Notes under the pieces: generated by a model
The model's database searches: none
Seen by the model: only the letters and a program-made list of their open reading frames with translations
Told to the model about the DNA's origin: nothing
Shown here: in pieces, positions 30,056 to 39,182 of the stretch
How positions within the stretch are numbered: the stretch's first letter is position 1
Layout: each line of letters opens with the position of its first letter
Position numbers and translations under genes: made by a program
Assembly (NCBI GenBank): GCA_963692865.2
Contig: OY843592.1
Coordinates: 2,304,001 to 2,368,000, forward strand
Origin: a bacterium
Lineage (GTDB): Bacteria; UBA8248
Direction: 5' to 3'
DNA: 64,000 bases

Positions 30056-31210
30056 ATGGACGTTCAGTTGAACGAGTTTCAGACCGCGCTGCAGAGCAGC
30101 GTCCGGCAATTCGTGAATCAGGAAGTGATACCCGTCGCCAGCGATTACGAACATAAGGACGAGTACCCCCATCCGCTGGTCGAGCGGATGAAGGAACTGG
30201 GCTATTTCGGCGCGCTCGTGCCGGAGCGTTACGGCGGCGGCGAGATGGATGCGATGAGCTTTACGGTTCTGACCGAGGAGTTGGCGCGGGGCTGGATGAG
30301 TTTGACGGGCGTGCTCGGCGGCCATTCGATGGTGGGATGGATGATCAACGAGTTCGGAAACGACGAGCAGCGCCGGGAGTGGCTCCCGGAGGTGTCCGAG
30401 GGGAAGATGCGTTTCGGCATCGGCATCACCGAGGCGGATGGCGGCTCCGACGTCGCGGCTTTGAGAACTTCCGCCCGCCGGGAGGGGCAGGACTACGTCG
30501 TCAACGGCTCGAAAATGTTCATCACCAACAGCGAGAACGCCACGCATTTCGCGATCATGGCCCGCACGAACCCCAAGGCGGAAAAACCCACCCGGGGGAT
30601 AAGCTGCATCCTCATGGACAGGAACCTGCCCGGTTTCAGCGCAAGCCGCCATCTGGACAAGATGGGATACAAGGGCCTTCGGACGGGTGAACTGGTTTTC
30701 GATGACTGCCCGGTGCCGGCTTCGTACCTGATCGGAGAGGAGAACAGGGGATTCCATCAGCTCATGGCGGCCCTGGAGTTGGGCCGTATCCAGGTGGCCG
30801 CCCGGGCGGTGGGGCTTCATGCCGCCTGCTTCGAGGATTCCATCAAGTACGCCCAGCAGAGAAAGAGCATGGGCAAGCCCATCGCCGAGCACCAGGCCAT
30901 CCAGATAAAACTCGCCGACATGGCCACCTCCCTCGAGGCGGCCCGCCAGCTCACCTACCGTGCGGCGCGCATGAAGGACCAGGGCATGCGGTGCGACCTC
31001 GAGGCCGGCATGGCGAAGCTCTTCGCCTCCGACGCCTGCCAGCGGGCCTCAGAAGCCGCCGTGCACATTCACGGGGGGTACGGCTACATCAAGGAGTTGC
31101 CCGTCGAGCGCTATTACCGCGACTCCATTCTCCTGCAGGTGGGCGAGGGCACGAACGACATTCAGCGGCTGGTGATCGCGAGGCGCCTGGTGGAGAAATA
31201 CCCCGCATGA
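30056..31210 (+). CDS. Acyl-CoA dehydrogenase
   Basis: ITEADGGSD, NGSKMFITN, GRIQVAA, IHGGYGY and VGEGTNDIQR. Confidence 0.95.
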   Translation: MDVQLNEFQTALQSSVRQFVNQEVIPVASDYEHKDEYPHPLVERMKELGYFGALVPERYGGGEMDAMSFTVLTEELARGWMSLTGVLGGHSMVGWMINEFGNDEQRREWLPEVSEGKMRFGIGITEADGGSDVAALRTSARREGQDYVVNGSKMFITNSENATHFAIMARTNPKAEKPTRGISCILMDRNLPGFSASRHLDKMGYKGLRTGELVFDDCPVPASYLIGEENRGFHQLMAALELGRIQVAARAVGLHAACFEDSIKYAQQRKSMGKPIAEHQAIQIKLADMATSLEAARQLTYRAARMKDQGMRCDLEAGMAKLFASDACQRASEAAVHIHGGYGYIKELPVERYYRDSILLQVGEGTNDIQRLVIARRLVEKYPA

Positions 31211-31547
31211 ATTTTACATAACTCCTGAATTCTTTTGCGTTGTAATTTGTCGAAAACCGGCCCATGAAATACATAACCCCATGAAAATCAATAGAATACA
31301 TTTTCAGGAATTTATCCAAAAACATCGTGAATTTATCTGAATTTATCCAATTTTGCAGGAATTCCGGACGGGGGGTTTTCGTCCCGTATTCAGGACGCTC
31401 CATCGTTTCGGCGTCCTTGTGAGCGTCGCGTTGTCCCGCCTTGCCCGAGCGCATGAAAATTCCTCCTCGCGGCGGATTCTGCCCCATCCCGCCGAGATCG
31501 CGATGACCGCAAATGCGAGGAAATGCGGGTCAGTCTCTACCGATGAG

Positions 31548-31928
31548 GGCCGCTCCGGACCCCTCCCGCGTCCGCGGAACCCGGGCCCACACCCGTCAAC
31601 ACCTCCCGCGACGGCAGGCAACCGCCCGGAACCACCGCGCGTCGACCTTGCGCGTCACGGTCGGCCGCATACCCTTCCGGAATGGCCTCCGACTCCGCTT
31701 CCACCGCCTGGCGGATGATTCGCTGCGCGCCCTCGCGCGCCGGTTCGCTTAATTCGTCCCGAAAGGCTGGATTCCTGAAGGGAATCGTCGTATCTTCTCC
31801 CGTGGCGCCGCATCTCCCGTGGCGCCGCATCTCCTGTGTGCTGAATGACCGGGCTTTGGACAACCCTGTTTCAGCAGGATGCGCCGCCTTCTTCAATTCA
31901 GATCATACGCAAGATCTGAGAGTAACTC
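31548..31928 (-). mobile_element. IS256-family remnant (left end plus degraded transposase N-terminus), copy 1
   Basis: Translates to EDTTIPFRNPAFRDELSE..REGAQRIIRQAVEAE...GRRAVV...REVLTGVGP. Start codon lost, frameshifted, contains a ~17-bp tandem duplication, and is near-identical to 37058-37421. Confidence 0.85.
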
Positions 31929-32040
31929 TGTAGCCGCCGCATGTATGGTTACATAAACGCGAATACTAGTTTGTAGCATTGTTCAGAGGTATAATTGTCG
32001 ACTATAATTTACAATTAGACTTGCTAGTAAGGAGAAGTCA

Positions 32041-32184
32041 ATGACGTTATTACCAGTGCATATTTTTCTTGCCAGTATTGTGGAGCGAAGAAGTGCCGTA
32101 GAGCTGGCGACCCCGCACGAACATATTCTCATCAAGACTTCGTCGGCACGTTTTGAGCGACATTGGTTTAATTTCTCTGGCTAG
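32041..32184 (+). CDS. Possible 47-aa small ORF leading the island operon
   Basis: AAGGAG 6 nt before ATG 32041, two TATAAT boxes at 31990 and 32003, closes at TAG 32184; below the ORF-track size cutoff. Confidence 0.3.
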   Translation: MTLLPVHIFLASIVERRSAVELATPHEHILIKTSSARFERHWFNFSG

Positions 32185-32259
32185 GCCGGTTAGCCGGTGT
32201 CTAAAGCGTTTTCTTAGAGTTTGTCTGAATTTTCCTGCATTCGAAGGCTGGATACTATA

Positions 32260-32973
32260 ATGGAAGCTTTTTGTAAGCGAATGGATTTAAACTATGAGAT
32301 CGAATTCTCAGCGATATCTTTTGATTTGCCGGAACGCGGATTGGCGCTATTGAAGTCCATCCATGCCAACATCAATCCGCAATTCTCGATTGCTGCGACC
32401 GACATGCATGTCTTTGGAGGGAATTCGCTTTCAGACATTCGCGTACGTGTTTCTATGTTCAACAGAAACGCACAGATTGAAATTACGACGGACAGATGTA
32501 CAATCAGTTTTCTTAACTTGCTAAATGATGACCACTTGACGATATGCAAAATTTGCATTTCGTTGATAGAGAAGGCTCTTAAGGATGTATTGACGAATGT
32601 TCAATTTGACGCTGCGATCATCAAACCAATCTTATATCTTGAGCTCGGCAGGGGAGAAAGCAGTGCGAGTAGTTATCTAACAAGTCTCACACCCCCTAAC
32701 AGTCGGAGCAGCTTAGATGAAATTGGCAATGTCACCGTTCATCCTGGCATAAACATCGAAGTGGATAACGAAGAGGAAAAGTGGAATGTGATCTTGAATG
32801 CGTTTCGGGATCGCGCAGAGGATTCGTCGCTTATAGTTTCTTGTCACGCACTATATAGTGAGAAAGGAGAAATTCATGGCTTGGATAGTCGGAGTGAACA
32901 TCTGAAGCGTTTGATTAATGTCTTTCTCAACAATATCGGCCTGGATGTTTCAGGCTTTATATCGGAAGTGTAG
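32260..32973 (+). CDS. Hypothetical alpha/beta protein, possibly TIGR04255-like
   Basis: Alternating strand/helix pattern (LNYEIEF; AQIEITTDRCTISF; IIKPILYLEL; WNVIL...LIVSCH; C-terminal helix); stop lies 2 nt before the antitoxin start. Family call is tentative. Confidence 0.6.
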   Translation: MEAFCKRMDLNYEIEFSAISFDLPERGLALLKSIHANINPQFSIAATDMHVFGGNSLSDIRVRVSMFNRNAQIEITTDRCTISFLNLLNDDHLTICKICISLIEKALKDVLTNVQFDAAIIKPILYLELGRGESSASSYLTSLTPPNSRSSLDEIGNVTVHPGINIEVDNEEEKWNVILNAFRDRAEDSSLIVSCHALYSEKGEIHGLDSRSEHLKRLINVFLNNIGLDVSGFISEV

Positions 32974-32975
32974 CC

Positions 32976-33623
32976 ATGCAAATGACAAAATTTGGATATG
33001 ATGAAAGTGACGTGTCGACTCCGATGACTCCTCTCGACTTCAATCAATCCCCTTTTGTTTTATGGCAAAGTACGGGATGCAGCCCAATAAATCACCTAAA
33101 AGGGTATCAGTCGGGGCAATCGTTATTCGAGCACAATCCGTTTGGTGGTGAGGATTGGGTATTCCGTAGAGCACCGGTTCAGAGAGAAATAGACTGGATT
33201 AATAGTTTGCCACATGGTGAGACGGTGGTCCAAACCATGGGCACAGTTTATCTAACACCGTTTGGGGGTCGATTAACGGGCCCTATACATTTCTTCGGAA
33301 ATCTCTTGGAGACTTGGAAGTTGAATCGGGATGATGCTGTGCCCTTGCTGGGTTTCGAGAAGACCGACCGGCTATACGTCGAGCATCTGTTGAACGGCCA
33401 TGCTGTCCTTTCGGGTCGTGATGCAAAGGATAGGATTGCTTATCTTTTCGAAATTCGAAGAACGCTTGCTGCGTTATTTTTGGATGAAGATGTCGAAAAC
33501 GCGTGGCTTCGGGAAGCGCACACGATGCTGAATGATCAAGTTCCAATGGAGTTGTTGCTGGAAGGTACCATGGAGAACATTCTGCTTGTCAGGGATTTCG
33601 TGGATGTGGCGGCGGGTCGGTAG
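32976..33623 (+). CDS. Xre/MbcA/ParS-type antitoxin (DUF2384-like) with ~100-aa N-terminal extension
   Basis: C-terminal half FGNLLETWKL..DAVPLLG...DAKDRIAYLFEI...LF......AWLR.....LNDQVPMELLL.G.......V..FVD is the MbcA/ParS pattern; directly upstream of a RES gene. Confidence 0.8.
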   Translation: MQMTKFGYDESDVSTPMTPLDFNQSPFVLWQSTGCSPINHLKGYQSGQSLFEHNPFGGEDWVFRRAPVQREIDWINSLPHGETVVQTMGTVYLTPFGGRLTGPIHFFGNLLETWKLNRDDAVPLLGFEKTDRLYVEHLLNGHAVLSGRDAKDRIAYLFEIRRTLAALFLDEDVENAWLREAHTMLNDQVPMELLLEGTMENILLVRDFVDVAAGR

Positions 33624-33625
33624 TT

Positions 33626-34258
33626 GTGCTTGGGTCCGTACTAACCGAAAGAAATCAGCATAAGCTATATCGTTTGGCTAACCAGCTACCAATTATGGAC
33701 TTCCTGGAAGAGCAGGGTCTTGAAGGTGAAAGCGTGCAGGAAATGCAGGACTTGCTTCATGCACGAGGCATCGTTGACTCTCCCGATGAACTTTGCGAAG
33801 TGCCGTTCAGAGTAAAAACGAGGTTGAATAAGGATGGGCGTTACATAACGCGTTTCTCGGACAGCTCCTTTCCTGTTTTTTACAGCGCTTTGGAAATGGA
33901 AACTGCTGAAGCGGAAACTTGCCATTGGTTTCGCAAATTTGTAGGAAACCCCAACAGGCCGAGAACTGGATACTATTTATGTTTTAGCTGTGATTTTGAT
34001 GGATTAGTAAAAGATTTGAGATCCAAACACATGGAATGGGTAGAACTCACGGATGAAGATTATGAATTTTGCAATAAATTGGGTGCCGAAGCGGTTCAAC
34101 TCGATCTGGATGCGTTACTAAGCCCGTCGGCCCGTAAGGCGGACGGAACATGTGTTCCGGTGTTTACAAGAACGTCGATTAGCAATCCGCAGGTAGTAAC
34201 GCATGTTGCCGTAACTTATGATCCTTCCACTGACAACGTGCAGATGAAGGTCGTGTAG
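33626..34258 (+). CDS. RES-domain toxin (NAD+ phosphorylase family)
   Basis: LYR, TRFSDSSFPVFYSALEMETAEAE, DLR, DY..C..LG, DALLSPSAR..G.C..VF: R, E and S catalytic residues present. Confidence 0.88.
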   Translation: MLGSVLTERNQHKLYRLANQLPIMDFLEEQGLEGESVQEMQDLLHARGIVDSPDELCEVPFRVKTRLNKDGRYITRFSDSSFPVFYSALEMETAEAETCHWFRKFVGNPNRPRTGYYLCFSCDFDGLVKDLRSKHMEWVELTDEDYEFCNKLGAEAVQLDLDALLSPSARKADGTCVPVFTRTSISNPQVVTHVAVTYDPSTDNVQMKVV

Positions 34259-34483
34259 AAGCCGTTTGACAAATAAAGGAAACCGGCGTGGAACCAAGAT
34301 AAAGCATGCCGCAGAATGTGGAATACAAAAGAAGAGCGGGAGATTAATACTGCCACAAGATAAGCGCGGGAATATTCAGGAACGCAAAGGAACTCAGATT
34401 AATCTGATTGACCTCTTTAAACTTTCTATGGTTTGTTTGAGTCGATTGCTGCCGTTGCTCAAAGCTAAAGGGGGGAAGGGGAA

Positions 34484-35260
34484 TCATTCCTTCTCCTGAA
34501 TGTAGTCTCGGATTGTAGCAATAATTTGGGTTGGCTCAATCTGGATGTGTGAATATTCAGTTTCCCTTCTCCATCCTATATTCCAGGTAATGATTCCTGG
34601 GGTGTAGCCTATCCCATTGATAAATGGTTCGCGATTAACGGTATTTTCACTTGGATCGATCTGGGTGCTTTTCTGACTGAAATATTTGCTCCAAATTATT
34701 TCGGCTAGATCCGGCCATGTCTCAATGTTTCGCAGGATTTCTTCTATATCTCGGCACCCAGGAATTTCTGCAGTCCATGGTTTTTTCGGAATGTTGCTGC
34801 CGGTTATTTCGAGCAATGATTTTTCAGCCAAAGCACTAGCCACTAAACCTATATCTTCACGCGCCAAAACAAGCCGTTCTAGTTGCCGCAAAAAAGTGCC
34901 TCGATCAACAATTACCCTTTCGCTCGAATCATTTATTACGTCAAGATTTGTTTCATTGAAATCAAGGTAAAATATATGAACTATCATTCCTAGAAGTCGT
35001 TTTAAGTGTATGTTTCTTTGCTGATTCATTCCGTCGGACACAGGAATACTCCATCCTCGCAAATGAGACGGGAGAAGCTCTCCGCTTGGATCAGCCATAT
35101 GGATTGTTGTAATGATATCTCGTGCAGGAAGCATGAGGTGCGTAAATTGGTATGCCCTGGATGTGCTCAAGGAGTCACCATGCAAGGGCAGGGATACAAT
35201 AAGATTTTGAATTTCAGGCAAGTTGCCTTTTAGAATTTCTACTTGATTGGTCAAACGCAT
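34484..35260 (-). CDS. Hypothetical protein
   Basis: 258-aa ORF with AAGGAGG RBS, 22 nt downstream of the co-oriented NDT/TIR-like gene; AT-rich; no recognised family. Confidence 0.7.
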   Translation of the reverse strand: MRLTNQVEILKGNLPEIQNLIVSLPLHGDSLSTSRAYQFTHLMLPARDIITTIHMADPSGELLPSHLRGWSIPVSDGMNQQRNIHLKRLLGMIVHIFYLDFNETNLDVINDSSERVIVDRGTFLRQLERLVLAREDIGLVASALAEKSLLEITGSNIPKKPWTAEIPGCRDIEEILRNIETWPDLAEIIWSKYFSQKSTQIDPSENTVNREPFINGIGYTPGIITWNIGWRRETEYSHIQIEPTQIIATIRDYIQEKE

Positions 35261-35282
35261 CTATTTCACGTCCTCCTTATCC

Positions 35283-36320
35283 CTATGTTTTTCTCGGGAT
35301 GTTGGTGTCACCTGCAATACGATCCGCAAGCCTTTTGCGCAAATCTTCCGGATCCTTCCAATCAATATGATTGTACTGACGGGTGTCGAAATGGACGTGC
35401 TTCAACTTATCTTTTTGGCAAGTGAATATCACGGGAATGTTCAATCCGTGCGCAAAGCCGGCTTCGTAATAAACTCCGCCTCGCCCTCCTCTTTCCCCTT
35501 CGTCCGTAAAGTCCGCAACCAAAAACCGGGAGCGCCTGATTTGCGCGATTATTTCATCGTCAATCTTGTTTGAAAATTCTTTGCGGTCTATCCGAAGTGC
35601 CTTATATCCAGCGTCTTCAATTCCCGGTTCAAAGCCTTTATCGAAGACCTCTTTGGTGGAAGGATCAAACCACATCGCCACAAAGGCTTGTTCTGAATCC
35701 ACGATCACTTTCTTGAGCTCATCGAGGTGAGCATATCCCTTTACTGATATGATGAATTTATCGGTCTGCCCTCCGGGATTCTCTTTCTTGAGCCAGCCTT
35801 GCGATTCCAGGTAATCCAATAAATATGAAACCTCAGTCGTGTTGATGGATTCGGACTGCGCCAATGCTTCTATTTCTTGAGCGTTATAGCCTGTGGGTGT
35901 AGCGGAAAAAGGAATGTGCGCGGCTTTTCCGATGTGCGGGGTTTCTCTCTCGACGTACTGGAGAAGTTTATCCGCGCGTCCTGAGATCGACATGTCCGGT
36001 TGACGTTCTATATGCTTAATCACTTCCTTTGTTAACATCGGATGCTCATTACCATTTTGTCGCTGCTCGATCAGCCAAGTGGTCAGGCGGGCTTTCAGGC
36101 GATCAATACTTCTGGGTTTTCCTGTGAAGCCATCCTTGGATGATTCTGGATTCATATTTTCTTCAGTTGCGTATTCACCTTCCTTGTATTCCAGAAAAAA
36201 TTGAGCATTACGGGGGATGACATAATACCCACCGGCACGCTCTGAATTTACTATAACTTGATAGCCTTGAAAGGGCTCAACTCTTGCTGGGGACCCCCAT
36301 ATAGGGCATTTATCGTTCAT
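35283..36320 (-). CDS. Winged-helix + nucleoside 2-deoxyribosyltransferase/TIR-like domain protein
   Basis: EVSYLLDYLESQGWL...ISVKGY wHTH-like segment; C-terminal AFVAMWF...GY.ALRID...KIDDEIIAQIRRSRFLVADFT...GVYYEAGFAHGLNIPVIFTC...HFDTRQYNHI.W. Confidence 0.8.
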   Translation of the reverse strand: MNDKCPIWGSPARVEPFQGYQVIVNSERAGGYYVIPRNAQFFLEYKEGEYATEENMNPESSKDGFTGKPRSIDRLKARLTTWLIEQRQNGNEHPMLTKEVIKHIERQPDMSISGRADKLLQYVERETPHIGKAAHIPFSATPTGYNAQEIEALAQSESINTTEVSYLLDYLESQGWLKKENPGGQTDKFIISVKGYAHLDELKKVIVDSEQAFVAMWFDPSTKEVFDKGFEPGIEDAGYKALRIDRKEFSNKIDDEIIAQIRRSRFLVADFTDEGERGGRGGVYYEAGFAHGLNIPVIFTCQKDKLKHVHFDTRQYNHIDWKDPEDLRKRLADRIAGDTNIPRKT

Positions 36321-36530
36321 TAGGACCTCCACTCCCAAGATAGTCTTCCGTCTCTATCCTGAATGTCCGACAGGTCGGCTTGCGGCGTGTGTTTTTTATT
36401 TGCCGGGCGATGCGGTATCTCTACACCCTAGAAGATTACGGCCTCACGCCGAAGAGGGTCAACACCACATTTGTACGCTATCGGGATTTCATCACCAGCC
36501 GCGGGATTCGGGTCGTCGCGACATTAAATC

Positions 36531-36728
36531 AAGCGCTACAGCATGACTACCGCGCTCATCGAGACACTCCGCTACACCGACGCCGTCTACAAAGAATCAG
36601 GCTGGAACCACATCGGAACCACATAGGGACGCGGACGCTTCGACAGGATTAAACGCTTCAACAAGCCCAAGAAGGACGTCTGGCTACAACCGCTGCGCAG
36701 AAACCGGAGGCAACTCCTCAACCGCTGA
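36531..36728 (+). pseudogene. DUF4338-family C-terminal fragment (mobile-element associated)
   Basis: KRYSMTTALIETLRYTDAVYKESGWNHIGTT*GRGRFDR..FNKPKKDVWLQPLRR: DUF4338 C-terminus with an internal TAG and a small deletion. Confidence 0.7.
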
Positions 36729-36796
36729 AACATTCGCCAACACCCCGCGACTGAACGAATAGAAGACACGTAACCGTTCAGGCAAGTCGGGATAGA

Positions 36797-37421
36797 GATA
36801 CCGTCCGCCCACAGATACGCGAACTCCTCGCCACCCCGGTCCCGCTCGCGCCACTGCGCGTACTCGCGCTCCCAGCCGTCCTTGAGCCGCGCGACGCTCG
36901 CCGGGGACAATCCCTTCACCGACTCGCCGAACAGCGCCGTGAGCGCTTCACCAAAGTCGTTCGTCGATACCCCCTTCAGGTACAGCCACGGAATCACCGC
37001 CTCCTTACGCCTCATCTTCTTCAGATACGACGGCAAAAGCTCCGAGAGGAAGCCCCGGCCCGCCCCCGACCCCTCCCGCGTCCGCGGAACCCGGGCCCAC
37101 ACCCGTCAACACCTCCCGCGACGGCAGGCAACCGCCCGGAACCACCGCGCGTCGACCTTGCGCGTCACGGTCGGCCGCATACCCTTCCGGAATGGCCTCC
37201 GACTCCGCTTCCACCGCCTGGCGGATGATTCGCTGCGCGCCCTCGCGCGCCGGTTCGCTCGACCCGTCGCGCAGGACTGGATTCGTAAAGGGAATCGTCG
37301 TATCTTCTCCCGTGGCGCCGCATCTCCCGTGTGCTGAATGACCGGGCTTTGGACAACCCTGTTTCAGCGGGATGCGCCGCCTTCTTCAATTCAGCTCATA
37401 CGCAACTTCTGAGGGTAACTC
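36797..37421 (-). mobile_element. IS256-family remnant (left end plus truncated, frameshifted transposase), copy 2
   Basis: RVPRTR...SELLPSYLKK..EAVIPWLYLKGVSTNDFGEALTALFG...LSPASVARLK..W..EY..W..R......YLWADGI, truncated at the first catalytic Asp; terminal sequence shared with copy 1. Confidence 0.9.
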
Positions 37422-37436
37422 GTCGGGGGAGCGCCC

Positions 37437-39182
37437 ATGGATCCAGGCTGCGACCGAATCACCACCGAGGTCATCGCGCACCGCTTCGCCGCCGCGGCCG
37501 ACGAGATGATGGCCACCCTCGTCAAGACCGCGTATTCCCCGAACATCAAGGAGCGGCGTGACTGCTCGGTCGCGATCTTCGACACTGCGGGCAACCTCCT
37601 CGCCCTGACCGCCATCGCCCCCATTCACCTGAGCTCGCTCCTCGGCCTCGTGGAGAACATCACCAGGCGTTACCCCCTCGACCGCTTTCGCCCCGGCGAC
37701 GCCTTCCTCACGAACGATCCGTACGTGGGAGGCGGCTCGCACCTGCCGGACCTGACGCTCGCAAGCCCCGTCTTCTCCGGTGGCCGGCCGGTCGCGTTCG
37801 TCGCCAACATCGCCCACCACGCCGACATCGGCGGCAAGGTGGCGGGGAGCGAGAGCGCCGACTGCACGAGCATCTTCCAGGAAGGGCTGCGAATCCCTCC
37901 CGTCAAGCTGCTGGACGAGGGGGAGCTGTGCGCCGACATGCTCGCGTTCGTGCTTCTCAACACGCGCACCCCGCGCGAGCGCGAGGGCGATCTGCGGGCC
38001 CAGATCGCGACCAACGCCATCGGGGTCCGCCGGGTGCAGGAGTGCTTTGCCCGCTTCGGAGCCGATACCGTGCGCCGGGGCGCGAGTGCGCTCCTCGACT
38101 ACGCCGAATCGCGCACGCGCGCCGAGATTGCGAGGCTGCCGGACGGAACCTACGAGAACGAAGAAGTGCTCGACAACGACGGCGTGGCCGACGGCGTCGT
38201 TCGCCTCCGCGTCAAGATCACCATTCGCGACGATCGCATTCACTTCGACTTCACGGGCACCGACGGGCAGATCGCAGGGGCCCGGAACATGCCGCTCTCG
38301 GCCACCCTGTCCGGCGTCTACTACGCGGTCAAGGCGGTGACGGACCCGGCGCTGCCGCCCAACGCCGGGTACTTCCGCGCCATCGGCGTCACCGCGCCGG
38401 AAGGCACGGTCGTCAATTGCCGCCCCCCCGCCGCCGTCGGGGACCGGAGCGCGACCGGCAACGTGCTCGGCGACCTGCTGCTGGGCGCGCTCGCCGACGC
38501 GGCGCCGGACCGGGTGATGGCCGGCTGCGGTCCGCTCCACGGGCTTATCTTCAGCGGCGTCGACCCGCGCCGGAACGAGTACTTCGTCGACTACGAGACC
38601 TACGCGGGAGCGTCCGGCGCGCTTTCCGCGCTCGACGGAAAAGACGCGGTACGGGTCCACGTTTCGGGCGCGGCCAACCTGCCCATCGAATCCGTGGAGC
38701 AGGAGTTCCCGCTGACCGTCGGCCGCTACGAGCTGATCGCCGACTCGGGAGGCCCCGGACGGCATCGCGGCGGCCTCGCGACGCGCCGCGACGTCACCAT
38801 CTGGGCGGAGCGGGCGAGGCTCGCAGGCCGCGGACTGCGCCAATCCCGAGGCGCGTCCGGGCTGTTTGGCGGAAGTTCGGGGTGTCCCGGCGTCTTCGTT
38901 CTGGACCCGGGCGGAAACCGCGAGACGAAGCTTCCGGGCTCGTTCTCGGAGCTCGAGGTGGACGCGGGAACCACGGTCCGGGTCGACACCCCGTCCGGCG
39001 CCGGCTTCGGCGACCCGTGGGAACGCGTTCCGGAGAGGGTGCGCGACGACGTGGCCGCCGGCAAGGTGACCGCACCTGCGGCGGAGCAGAGCTACGGCGT
39101 CGCGCTCGTCCGCGGAAGCGTGGACGCCTCCCGGACAGCGGCCTTGCGGGAGGCCCGCCAGGATTCGAACCATGGAGCCTGA
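37437..39182 (+). CDS. Hydantoinase B / oxoprolinase family protein
   Basis: KTAYSPNIKERRDCS, PIHL, NDPYVGGGSHLPD, HHADIGG, QEGLRIPP, DSGGPGRHRGG. Confidence 0.93.
   Translation: MDPGCDRITTEVIAHRFAAAADEMMATLVKTAYSPNIKERRDCSVAIFDTAGNLLALTAIAPIHLSSLLGLVENITRRYPLDRFRPGDAFLTNDPYVGGGSHLPDLTLASPVFSGGRPVAFVANIAHHADIGGKVAGSESADCTSIFQEGLRIPPVKLLDEGELCADMLAFVLLNTRTPREREGDLRAQIATNAIGVRRVQECFARFGADTVRRGASALLDYAESRTRAEIARLPDGTYENEEVLDNDGVADGVVRLRVKITIRDDRIHFDFTGTDGQIAGARNMPLSATLSGVYYAVKAVTDPALPPNAGYFRAIGVTAPEGTVVNCRPPAAVGDRSATGNVLGDLLLGALADAAPDRVMAGCGPLHGLIFSGVDPRRNEYFVDYETYAGASGALSALDGKDAVRVHVSGAANLPIESVEQEFPLTVGRYELIADSGGPGRHRGGLATRRDVTIWAERARLAGRGLRQSRGASGLFGGSSGCPGVFVLDPGGNRETKLPGSFSELEVDAGTTVRVDTPSGAGFGDPWERVPERVRDDVAAGKVTAPAAEQSYGVALVRGSVDASRTAALREARQDSNHGA

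Noticed and set aside
36531-36728. DUF4338 fragment as Druantia defence, or its TAG as pyrrolysine recoding
   Set aside because: Only about 65 C-terminal codons remain, with an additional deletion and no partner genes; this is simple decay of a mobile element.
31548-37421. IS256 copies as active transposons
   Set aside because: Both lack a start codon, are frameshifted and truncated before a complete DDE domain, and lack the opposite end.
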